Shown here: piece by piece, positions 1-12,163 of the stretch
Position numbering within the stretch: the stretch's first letter is position 1
How the letters are laid out: each line of letters begins with the position of its first letter
DNA from: Utricularia gibba
Taxonomy: Eukaryota > Plantae > Magnoliophyta
DNA: 28,783 nucleotides
Direction of reading: 5' to 3'
Assembly (NCBI GenBank): GCA_002189035.1
Contig: NEEC01000376.1
Location: 1 to 28,783, forward strand
Program-made: the position numbers and the translations under genes
The notes under the pieces: model-generated
What the model was told of the DNA's origin: nothing
Databases searched by the model: none
What the model saw: only the letters and a program-made list of their open reading frames with translations

Positions 1-3000
1 ATCATTTTTTTTAATCGATTTGCATCCAGTTGACCTCATGAGCCATACAGAATCGGGGTCAAGGACCAAGTTCCAGCGAGACTGGCCGCCACAAAACGAG
101 AAGCGGTTCCTTGAAAAACCATGTAGGCAGCCCCGAAAACCGAACGATAATAAATACATCACTTTATTTGCCGGACTACAACTTACTTGGCAAGGCCTAA
201 GCTATCTTTTCCCGTTCCAGTGCCCCAAGACCGCCTCTCATGTATAAAGTAAGTTGTTGAAAAAATCATGTGGGGTGCACGTGATATCGCAATTTAAACA
301 AATGCAACATTGTATTCATCGATTTGCATCCTTTTGTCCTCATGAGCCATAAAGAATCGGGCCCGGACCAAGTTCCTAGCGAGACTGGCCGCCACAAAAC
401 GAGAAGCTGTTCCTTGAAAAACCATGTAGGCAACACGAAAACCGAACGTTAATAAATACATCACTTTCTTTGCCGGGCTACAACTTACTTTGGGCCAAGG
501 CCTAAGCTGACCTTTTTCCGGTTCCAAGTGCCCCCCAAGACCGCCTCTCATGTATAAAGTATGTTGTTAAAAAAATCATGTGGGGTGCACGTGACATCGT
601 AATTTAAACAAATGCATCATTTTTTTTAATCGATTTGCATCCAGTTGACCTCATGAGCCATACAGAATCGGGGTCAAGGACCAAGTTCCCAGCGAGACTG
701 GCCGCCACAAAACGAGAAGCGGTTCCTTGAAAAACCATGTAGGCAGCCCCGAAAACCGAACGATAATAAATACATCACTTTATTTGCCGGACTACAACTT
801 ACTTTGGGCAAGCCTAAGCTATCTTTTTCCGTTCCAAGTGCCCCCCAAGACCGCCTCTCATGTATAAAGTAAGTTGTTGAAAAAATCATGTGGGGTGCAC
901 GTGATATCGCAATTTAAACAAATGCAACATTGTATTCATCGATTTGCATCCTTTTGTCCTCATGAGCCATAAAGAATCGCGGGCCCGGACCAAGTTCCTA
1001 GCGAGACTGGCCGCCACAAAACGAGAAGCTGTTCCTTGAAAAACCATGTAGGCAACACCGAAAACCGAACGTTAATAAATACATCACTTTCTTTGCCGGG
1101 CTACAACTTACTTTGGGCCAAGGCCTAAGCTGACCTTTTTCCGGTTCCAAGTGCCCCCCAAGACCGCCTCCTCATGTATAAAGTATGTTGTTAAAAAAAT
1201 CATGTGGGGTGCACGTGACATCGTAATTTAAACAAATGCATCATTTTTTTTAATCGATTTGCATCCAGTTGACCTCATGAGCCATACAGAATCGGGGTCA
1301 AGGACCAAGTTCCCAGCGAGACTGGCCGCCACAAAACGAGAAGCGGTTCCTTGAAAAACCATGTAGGCAGCCCCCGAAAACCGAACGATAATAAATACAT
1401 CACTTTATTTGCCGGACTACAACTTACTTGGGCCAAGCCTAAGCTATCTTTTTCCGTTCCAGTGCACCCAAAGACCGCCTTCTCAAGTATAAAGTAAGTT
1501 GTTGAAAAAATCATGTGGGGTGCACGTGACATCAATTTAAACAAATGCAACATTTTTTTCATCGATTTGCATCCTTTTGTCCTCATGAGCCATAAAGAAT
1601 CGCGGGTGGACCAAGTTCCCAGCGAGACTGGCCGCCACAAAACGAGAAGCTGTTCCTTGAAAAACCATGTAGGCAACCCGAAAACCGAACGTTAATAAAT
1701 ACATCACTTTCTTTGCCGGCTACAACTTACTTGGCAAGCCTAAGCTGAGTTCCAAGTGCCCCAAGACCGCCTCTCAAGTATAAAGTAAGTTGTTGAAAAA
1801 ATCATGTGGGGTGCACGTGACATCGCAATTTAAACAAATGCATCATTTTTTTCATCGATTTGCATCCTTTTCCTCATGAGCCATAAAGAATCGGGGGACC
1901 AAGTTCCCAGCGAGACTGGCCGCCACAAAACGAGAAGCGGTTCCTTGAAAAACCATGTAGGCAACCCGAAAACCGAACGATAATAAATACATCACTTTAT
2001 TTGCCGGGCTACAACTTACTTTGGGCCAAGGCCTAAGCTGATCTTTTTTTCCGGTTCCAAGTGCACCCAAAGACCGCCTTCTCAAGTATAAAGTAAGTTG
2101 TTGAAAAAATCATGTGGGGTGCACGTGATATCGCAATTTAAACAAATGCACATTTTTTTTCATCGATTTGCATCCTTTGTCCTCATGAGCCATAAGAATC
2201 GGGGCCCGGACCAAGTTCCTAGCGAGACTGGCCGCCACAAAACGAGAAGCTGTTCCTTGAAAAACCATGTAGGCAACACCGAAAACCGAACGTTAATAAA
2301 TACATCACTTTCTTTGCCGGGCTACAACTTACTTTGGGCCAAGGCCTAAGCTGATCTTTTTCCGGTTCCAAGTGCCCCAAAGACCGCCTTCTCAAGTATA
2401 AAGTATGTTGAAAAAATCATGTGGGTGCACGTGACATCATAATTTAAACAAATGGATCATTTTTTTTAATCGATTTGCATCCAGTTGACCTCATGAGCCA
2501 TACAGAATCGGGGTCAAGGACCAAGTTCCCAGCGAGACTGGCCGCCACAAAACGAGAAGCGGTTCCTTGAAAAACCATGTAGGCAGCCCCCGAAAACCGA
2601 ACGATAATAAATACATCACTTTATTTGCCGGACTACAACTAACTCTCGTGCAAGCCAAACTACCTTTTCCCGTTCCAGGTGCACCCAAAGACCGCCTGCT
2701 CAAGTATAAAGTAAGTTGTTGAAAAAATCATGTGGGGTGCACGTGATATCGCAATTTAAACAAATGCAACATTGTATTCATCGATTTGCATCCTTTTGTC
2801 CTCATGAGCCATAAAGAATCGCGGGCCCGGACCAAGTTCCTAGCGAGACTGGCCGCCACAAAACGAGAAGCTGTTCCTTGAAAAACCATGTAGGCAACAC
2901 CGAAAACCGAACGTTAATAAATACATCACTTTCTTTGCCGGCTACAACTTACTTTGGGCCAAGGCCTAAGCTGACCTTTTTCCGGTTCCAAGTGCCCCCC

Positions 3001-6000
3001 AAGACCGCCTCCTCATGTATAAAGTATGTTGTTAAAAAAATCATGTGGGGTGCACGTGACATCGTAATTTAAACAAATGCATCATTTTTTTTAATCGATT
3101 TGCATCCAGTTGACCTCATGAGCCATACAGAATCGGGGTCAAGGACCAAGTTCCCAGCGAGACTGGCCGCCACAAAACGAGAAGCGGTTCCTTGAAAAAC
3201 CATGTAGGCAGCCCCCGAAAACCGAACGATAATAAATACATCACTTTATTTGCCGGACTACAACTTACTTTGGGCAAGCCTAAGCTGATCTTTTTCCGTT
3301 CCAAGTGCCCCCTAGACCGCCTCCTCATGTATAAAGTAAGTTGTTGAAAAAATCATGTGGGGTGCACGTGATATCGCAATTTAAACAAATGCAACATTGT
3401 ATTCATCGATTTGCATCCTTTTGTCCTCATGAGCCATAAAGAATCGCGGGCCCGGACCAAGTTCCTAGCGAGACTGGCCGCCAAAACGAGAAGCTGTTCC
3501 TTGAAAAACCATGTAGGCAACACCGAAAACCGAACGTTAATAAATACATCACTTTCTTTGCCGGGCTACAACTTACTTTGGGCCAAGGCCTAAGCTGACC
3601 TTTTTCCGGTTCCAAGTGCCCCCCAAGACCGCCTCCTCATGTATAAAGTATGTTGTTAAAAAAATCATGTGGGGTGGTGGTAATTTAAACAAATGCATCA
3701 TTTTTTTTAATCGATTTGCATCCAGTTGACCTCATGAGCCATACAGAATCGGGGTCAAGGACCAAGTTCCCAGCGAGACTGGCCGCCACAAAACGAGAAG
3801 CGGTTCCTTGAAAAACCATGTAGGCAGCCCCGAAAACCGAACGATAATAAATACATCACTTTATTTGCCGGACTACAACTAACTCTCGGTGCAAGCCAAA
3901 CCTTACCTTTGTCCGTTCCAGTGCACCCAAAGACCGCCTCTCAAGTATAAAGTAAGTTGTTGAAAAAATCATGTGGGTGCACGTGATATCGCAATTTAAA
4001 CAAATGCAACATTGTATTCATCGATTTGCATCCTTTTGTCCTCATGAGCCATAAAGAATCGCGGCCCGGACCAAGTTCCTAGCGAGACTGGCCGCCACAA
4101 AACGAGAAGCTGTTCCTTGAAAAACCATGTAGGCAACACCGAAAACCGAACGTTAATAAATACATCACTTTCTTTGCCGGGCTACAACTTACTTTGGGCC
4201 AAGGCCTAAGCTGACCTTTTTCCGGTTCCAAGTGCCCCCCAAGACCGCCTCCTCATGTATAAAGTATGTTGTTAAAAAAATCATGTGGGGTGCACGTGAC
4301 ATCGTAATTTAAACAAATGCATCATTTTTTTTAATCGATTTGCATCCAGTTGACCTCATGAGCCATACAGAATCGGGGTCAAGGACCAAGTTCCCAGCGA
4401 GACTGGCCGCCACAAAACGAGAAGCGGTTCCTTGAAAAACCATGTAGGCAGCCCCCGAAAACCGAACGATAATAAATACATCACTTTATTTGCCGACTAC
4501 AACTAACTCTCGGTGCAAGCCAAACCTTACCTTTGTCCCGTTCCAGTGCACCCAAAGACCGCCTGCTCAAGTATAAAGTAAGTTGTTGAAAAAATCATGT
4601 GGGTGCACGTGATATCGCAATTTAAACAAATGCAACATTGTATTCATCGATTTGCATCCTTTTGTCCTCATGAGCCATAAAGAATCGCGGGCCCGGACCA
4701 AGTTCCTAGCGAGACTGGCCGCCACAAAACGAGAAGCTGTTCCTTGAAAAACCATGTAGGCAACACCGAAAACCGAACGTTAATAAATACATCACTTTCT
4801 TTGCCGGGCTACAACTTACTTTGGGCCAAGGCCTAAGCTGACCTTTTTCCGGTTCCAAGTGCCCCCAAGACCGCCTCCTCATGTATAAAGTATGTTGTTA
4901 AAAAAATCATGTGGGGTGCACGTGACATCGTAATTTAAACAAATGCATCATTTTTTTTAATCGATTTGCATCCAGTTGACCTCATGAGCCATACAGAATC
5001 GGGGTCAAGGACCAAGTTCCCAGCGAGACTGGCCGCCACAAAAAAGAAGCGGTTCCTTGAAAAACCATGTAGGCAGCCCCCGAAAACCGAACGATAATAA
5101 ATACATCACTTTATTTGCCGGACTACAACTAACTTTGGCAAGCCAAACCTACCTTTTTCCGTTCCAGGTGCACCCAAGACCGCCTGCTCAAGTATAAAGT
5201 AAGTTGTTGAAAAAATCATGTGGGGTGCACGTGATATCGCAATTTAAACAAATGCAACATTGTATTCATCGATTTGCATCCTTTTGTCCTCATGAGCCAT
5301 AAAGAATCGCGGGCCCGGACCAAGTTCCTAGCGAGACTGGCCGCCACAAAACGAGAAGCTGTTCCTTGAAAAACCATGTAGGCAACACCGAAAACCGAAC
5401 GTTAATAAATACATCACTTTCTTTGCCGGGCTACAACTTACTTTGGGCCAAGGCCTAAGCTGACCTTTTTCCGGTTCCAAGTGCCCCCCAAGACCGCCTC
5501 CTCATGTATAAAGTATGTTGTTAAAAAAATCATGTGGGGTGCACGTGACATCGTAATTTAAACAAATGCATCATTTTTTTAATCGATTTGCATCCAGTTG
5601 ACCTCATGAGCCATACAGAATCGGGGTCAAGGACCAAGTTCCCAGCGAGACTGGCCGCCACAAAACGAGAAGCGGTTCCTTGAAAAACCATGTAGGCAGC
5701 CCCCGAAAACCGAACGATAATAAATACATCACTTTATTTGCCGGACTACAACTAACTCTCGGTGCAAGCCAAACCTTACCTTTGTCCCGTTCCAGGTGCA
5801 CCCAAAGACCGCCTGCTCAAGTATAAAGTAAGTTGTTGAAAAAATCATGTGGGGTGCACGTGATATCGCAATTTAAACAAATGCAACATTGTATTCATCG
5901 ATTTGCATCCTTTTGTCCTCATGAGCCATAAAGAATCGCGGGCCCGGACCAAGTTCCTAGCGAGACTGGCCGCCACAAAACGAGAAGCTGTTCCTTGAAA

Positions 6001-8035
6001 AACCATGTAGGCAACACGAAAACCGAACGTTAATAAATACATCACTTTCTTTGCCGGGCTACAACTTACTTTGGGCCAAGGCCTAAGCTGATCTTTTTCC
6101 GGTTCCAAGTGCCCCAAGACCGCCTTCTCATGTATAAAGTAATGTTGTTGAAAAAATCATGTGGGGTGCACGTGACATCGTAATTTAAACAAATGCATCA
6201 TTTTTTTTAATCGATTTGCATCCAGTTGACCTCATGAGCCATACAGAATCGGGGTCAAGGACCAAGTTCCCAGCGAGACTGGCCGCCACAAAACGAGAAG
6301 CGGTTCCTTGAAAAACCATGTAGGCAGCCCCCGAAAAACCGAACGATAATAAATACATCACTTTATTTGCCGGACTACAACTAACTCTCGTGCAAGCCAA
6401 ACCTTACCTTTGTTCCGTTCCAGGTGCACCCAAGACCGCCCTCAAGTATAAAGTAAGTTGTTGAAAAAATCATGTGGGGTGCACGTGATATCGCAATTTA
6501 AACAAATGCAACATTGTATTCATCGATTTGCATCCTTTTGTCCTCATGAGCCATAAAGAATCGCGGGCCCGGACCAAGTTCCTAGCGAGACTGGCCGCCA
6601 CAAAACGAGAAGCTGTTCCTTGAAAAACCATGTAGGCAACACCGAAAACCGAACGTTAATAAATACATCACTTTCTTTGCCGGGCTACAACTTACTTTGG
6701 GCCAAGGCCTAAGCTGACCTTTTTCCGGTTCCAAGTGCCCCCAAGACCGCCTCCTCATGTATAAAGTATGTTGTTAAAAAATCATGTGGGGTGCACGTGA
6801 CATCGTAATTTAAACAAATGCATCATTTTTTTTAATCGATTTGCATCCAGTTGACCTCATGAGCCATACAGAATCGGGGTCAAGGACCAAGTTCCCAGCG
6901 AGACTGGCCGCCACAAAACGAGAAGCGGTTCCTTGAAAAACCATGTAGGCAGCCCCCGAAAACCGAACGATAATAAATACATCACTTTATTTGCCGGACT
7001 ACAACTAACTCTCGTGCAAGCCAAACCTTACCTTTGTCCCGTTCCAGGTGCCCAAAGACCGCCTGCTCAAGTATAAAGTAAGTTGTTGAAAAAATCATGT
7101 GGGGTGCACGTGATATCGCAATTTAAACAAATGCAACATTGTATTCATCGATTTGCATCCTTTTGTCCTCATGAGCCATAAAGAATCGCGGGCCCGGACC
7201 AAGTTTCCTAGCGAGACTGGCCGCCACAAAACGAGAAGCTGTTCCTTGAAAAACCATGTAGGCAACACCGAAAACCGAACGTTAATAAATACATCACTTT
7301 CTTTGCCGGGCTACAACTTACTTTGGGCCAAGGCCTAAGCTGACCTTTTTCCGGTTCCAAGTGCCCCCCAAGACCGCCTCCTCATGTATAAAGTATGTTG
7401 TTAAAAAAATCATGTGGGGTGCACGTGACATCGTAATTTAAACAAATGCATCATTTTTTTTAATCGATTTGCATCCAGTTGACCTCATGAGCCATACAGA
7501 ATCGGGGTCAAGGACCAAGTTCCCAGCGAGACTGGCCGCCACAAAACGAGAAGCGGTTCCTTGAAAAACCATGTAGGCAGCCCCCGAAAACCGAACGATA
7601 ATAAATACATCACTTTATTTGCCGGACTACAACTTACTTTGGGCAAGCCTAAGCTGATCTTTTTCCGTTCCAAGTGCCCCCAAAGACCGCCTCCTCAGTA
7701 TAAAGTAAGTTGTTGAAAAAATCATGTGGGGTGCACGTGATATCGCAATTTAAACAAATGCAACATTGTATTCATCGATTTGCATCCTTTTGTCCTCATG
7801 AGCCATAAAGAATCGCGGGCCCGGACCAAGTTCCTAGCGAGACTGGCCGCCACAAAACGAGAAGCTGTTCCTTGAAAAACCATGTAGGCAACACCGAAAA
7901 CCGAACGTTAATAAATACATCACTTTCTTTGCCGGGCTACAACTTACTTTGGGCCAAGGCCTAAGCTGACCTTTTTCCGGTTCCAAGTGCCCCCAAGACC
8001 GCCTCCTCATGTATAAAGTATGTTGTTAAAAAAAT

Positions 8036-8265
8036 CATGTGGGGTGCACGTGACATCGTAATTTAAACAAATGCATCATTTTTTTTAATCGATTTGCATC
8101 CAGTTGACCTCATGAGCCATACAGAATCGGGGTCAAGGACCAAGTTCCCAGCGAGACTGGCCGCCACAAAACGAGAAGCTGTTCCTTGAAAAACCATGTA
8201 GGCACCGAAAACCGAACGATAATAAATACATCACTTTTTTGCCGGAAAGAAGTGAAGACTCAAAT
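8036..8265 (+). repeat. Truncated A-type monomer (230 bp) with a short filler, followed by another A monomer
   Basis: The monomer match ends at gccgga (8241-8246). Then come aagaagtgaagactc (8247-8261) and aaatcatgt (8262-8270). The next monomer (8266) again carries A diagnostics. Confidence 0.9.
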
Positions 8266-11200
8266 CATGTGGGTGCACGTGATTTAAACAAATGCATCAT
8301 TTTTTTTAATCGATTTGCATCCAGTTGACCTCATGAGCCATACAGAATCGGGGTCAAGGACCAAGTTCCCAGCGAGACTGGCCGCCACAAAACGAGAAGC
8401 GGTTCCTTGAAAAACCATGTAGGCAGCCCCCGAAAACCGAACGATAATAAATACATCACTTTATTTGCCGGACTACAACTAACTCTCCAAGCCAAACCTT
8501 ACCTTTGTCCCGTTCCAGTGCACCCAAAGACCGCCTGCTCAAGTATAAAGTAAGTTGTTGAAAAAATCATGTGGGGTGCACGTGATATCGCAATTTAAAC
8601 AAATGCAACATTGTATTCATCGATTTGCATCCTTTTGTCCTCATGAGCCATAAAGAATCGCGGGCCCGGACCAAGTTCCTAGCGAGACTGGCCGCCACAA
8701 AACGAGAAGCTGTTCCTTGAAAAACCATGTAGGCAACACCGAAAACCGAACGTTAATAAATACATCACTTTCTTTGCCGGGCTACAACTTACTTTGGGCC
8801 AAGGCCTAAGCTGACCTTTTTCCGGTTCCAAGTGCCCCCAAGACCGCCTCCTCATGTATAAAGTATGTTGTTAAAAAAATCATGTGGGGTGCACGTGACA
8901 TCGTAATTTAAACAAATGCATCATTTTTTTAATCGATTTGCATCCAGTTGACCTCATGAGCCATACAGAATCGGGGTCAAGGACCAAGTTCCCAGCGAGA
9001 CTGGCCGCCACAAAACGAGAAGCGGTTCCTTGAAAAACCATGTAGGCAGCCCCCGAAAACCGAACGATAATAAATACATCACTTTATTTGCCGGACTACA
9101 ACTTACTTTGCAAGCCAAACCTACCTTTTTCCGTTCCAGTGCACCCAAAGACCGCCTCTCAAGTATAAAGTAAGTTGTTGAAAAAATCATGTGGGGTGCA
9201 CGTGATATCGCAATTTAAACAAATGCAACATTGTATTCATCGATTTGCATCCTTTTGTCCTCATGAGCCATAAAGAATCGCGGGCCCGGACCAAGTTCCT
9301 AGCGAGACTGGCCGCCACAAACGAGAAGCTGTTCCTTGAAAAACCATGTAGGCAACACCGAAAACCGAACGTTAATAAATACATCACTTTCTTTGCCGGG
9401 CTACAACTTACTTTGGGCCAAGGCCTAAGCTGACCTTTTTCCGGTTCCAAGTGCCCCCAAGACCGCCTCCTCATGTATAAAGTATGTTGTTAAAAAAATC
9501 ATGTGGGGTGCACGTGACATCGTAATTTAAACAAATGCATCATTTTTTTTAATCGATTTGCATCCAGTTGACCTCATGAGCCATACAGAATCGGGTCAAG
9601 GACCAAGTTCCCAGCGAGACTGGCCGCCACAAAACGAGAAGCGGTTCCTTGAAAAACCATGTAGGCAGCCCCCGAAAACCGAACGATAATAAATACATCA
9701 CTTTATTTGCCGGACTACAACTAACTCTCGGTGCAAGCCAAACCTTACCTTTGTCCCGTTCCAGGTGCACCCAAAGACCGCCTGCTCAAGTATAAAGTAA
9801 GTTGTTTGAAAAAATCATGTGGGTGCACGTGATATCGCAATTTAAACAAATGCAACATTGTATTCATCGATTTGCATCCTTTTGTCCTCATGAGCCATAA
9901 AGAATCGCGGGCCCGGACCAAGTTCCTAGCGAGACTGGCCGCCACAAAACGAGAAGCTGTTCCTTGAAAAACCATGTAGGCAACACCGAAAACCGAACGT
10001 TAATAAATACATCACTTTCTTTGCCGGGCTACAACTTACTTTGGGCCAAGGCCTAAGCTGATCTTTTTCCGGTTCCAAGTGCCCCCCAAGACCGCCTCCT
10101 CATGTATAAAGTATGTTGTTAAAAAAATCATGTGGGGTGCACGTGACATCGTAATTTAAACAAATGCATCATTTTTTTTAATCGATTTGCATCCAGTTGA
10201 CCTCATGAGCCATACAGAATCGGGGTCAAGGACCAAGTTCCCAGCGAGACTGGCCGCCACAAAACGAGAAGCGGTTCCTTGAAAAACCATGTAGGCAGCC
10301 CCCGAAAACCGAACGATAATAAATACATCACTTTATTTGCCGGACTACAACTTACTTTCGGCAAGCCAAACCTACCTTTTTCCGTTCCAAGTGCCCCAAA
10401 GACCGCCTGCTCAAGTATAAAGTAAGTTGTTGAAAAAATCATGTGGGGTGCACGTGATATCGCAATTTAAACAAATGCAACATTGTATTCATCGATTTGC
10501 ATCCTTTTGTCCTCATGAGCCATAAAGAATCGCGGGCCCGGACCAAGTTCCTAGCGAGACTGGCCGCCACAAAACGAGAAGCTGTTCCTTGAAAAACCAT
10601 GTAGGCAACACCGAAAACCGAACGTTAATAAATACATCACTTTCTTTGCCGGGCTACAACTTACTTTGGGCCAAGGCCTAAGCTGACCTTTTTCCGGTTC
10701 CAAGTGCCCCAAGACCGCCTTCTCAAGTATAAAGTAAGTTGTTAAAAAAATCATGTGGGGTGCACGTGACATCGTAATTTAAACAAATGCATCATTTTTT
10801 TTAATCGATTTGCATCCAGTTGACCTCATGAGCCATACAGAATCGGGGTCAAGGACCAAGTTCCCAGCGAGACTGGCCGCCACAAAACGAGAAGCGGTTC
10901 CTTGAAAAACCATGTAGGCAGCCCCCGAAAACCGAACGATAATAAATACATCACTTTATTTGCCGGACTACAACTAACTCTCGGTGCAAGCCAAACCTTA
11001 CCTTTGTCCCGTTCCAGGTGCACCCAAAGACCGCCTGCTCAAGTATAAAGTAAGTTGTTGAAAAAATCATGTGGGGTGCACGTGATATCGCAATTTAAAC
11101 AAATGCAACATTGTATTCATCGATTTGCATCCTTTTGTCCTCATGAGCCATAAAGAATCGCGGGCCCGGACCAAGTTCCTAGCGAGACTGGCCGCCACAA

Positions 11201-11691
11201 AACGAGAAGCTGTTCCTTGAAAAACCATGTAGGCAACACCGAAAACCGAACGTTAATAAATACATCACTTTCTTTGCCGGGCTACAACTTACTTTGGGCC
11301 AAGGCCTAAGCTGATCTTTTTCCGGTTCCAAGTGCCCCCAAGACCGCCTTCCTCATGTATAAAGTAAGTTGTTAAAAAAATCATGTGGGGTGCACGTGAC
11401 ATCATAATTTAAACAAATGCATCATTTTTTTTAATCGATTTGCATCCAGTTGACCTCATGAGCCATACAGAATCGGGGTCAAGGACCAAGTTCCCAGCGA
11501 GACTGGCCGCCACAAAACGAGAAGCGGTTCCTTGAAAAACCATGTAGGCAGCCCCCGAAAACCGAACGATAATAAATACATCACTTTATTTGCCGGACTA
11601 CAACTTACTTTGGGCAAGCCAAACCTGACCTTTTCCGTTCCAGTGCCACCCAAGACCGCCTCCTCAGTATAAAGTAAGTTGTTGAAAAAAT

Positions 11692-12004
11692 CATGTGGGG
11701 TGCACGTGATATCGCAATTTAAACAAATGCAACATTGTATTCATCGATTTGCATCCTTTTGTCCTCATGAGCCATAAAGAATCGCGGGCCCGGACCAAGT
11801 TCCTAGCGAGACTGGCCGCCACAAAACGAGAAGCTGTTCCTTGAAAAACCATGTAGGCAACACCGAAAACCGAACGTTAATAAATACATCACTTTCTTTG
11901 CCGGGCTACAACTTACTTTGGGCCAAGGCCTAAGCTGACCTTTTTCCGGTTCCAAGTGCCCCCCAAGACCGCCTCCTCATGTATAAAGTATGTTGTTAAA
12001 AAAT
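11692..12004 (+). repeat. Representative type-B monomer, L-haplotype tail (313 bp)
   Basis: Diagnostic states: gatatcgc, gcaacattgtattcat, ccttttgtcc, cataaag, cgcgggcccgg, ttcctagc, gctgtt, gcaacacc, cgttaat, tttcttt, gggct. Tail is gctgacc...gtgccccccaagaccgcctcctcatgtataaagtatgttgttaaa. Confidence 0.96.
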
Positions 12005-12163
12005 CATGTGGGGTGCACGTGACATCGTAATTTAAACAAATGCATCATTTTTTTTAATCGATTTGCATCCAGTTGACCTCATGAGCCATACAGAATCGGG
12101 GTCAAGGACCAAGTTCCCAGCGAGACTGGCCGCCACAAAACGAGAAGCGGTTCCTTGAAAAAC
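12005..12163 (+). repeat. First half-monomer (159-bp ancestral subunit H1)
   Basis: Starts catgtgggg after gaaaaaat and aligns almost gap-free to H2: 33 of the first 51 positions are identical. Confidence 0.8.
12016..12023 (-). promoter_or_regulatory. CACGTG (G-box/E-box) motif, reading RTCACGTG on the minus strand; once per monomer, function unproven
   Basis: cacgtgac in A and cacgtgat in B, present in essentially all monomers except the one at 3666. Motif match only; no evidence of binding. Confidence 0.2.

Noticed and set aside
12005-12163. A further ~75-80-bp sub-subunit suggested by tcatga midway through H1
   Set aside because: Beyond catg, the two quarter-segments show no alignable similarity.
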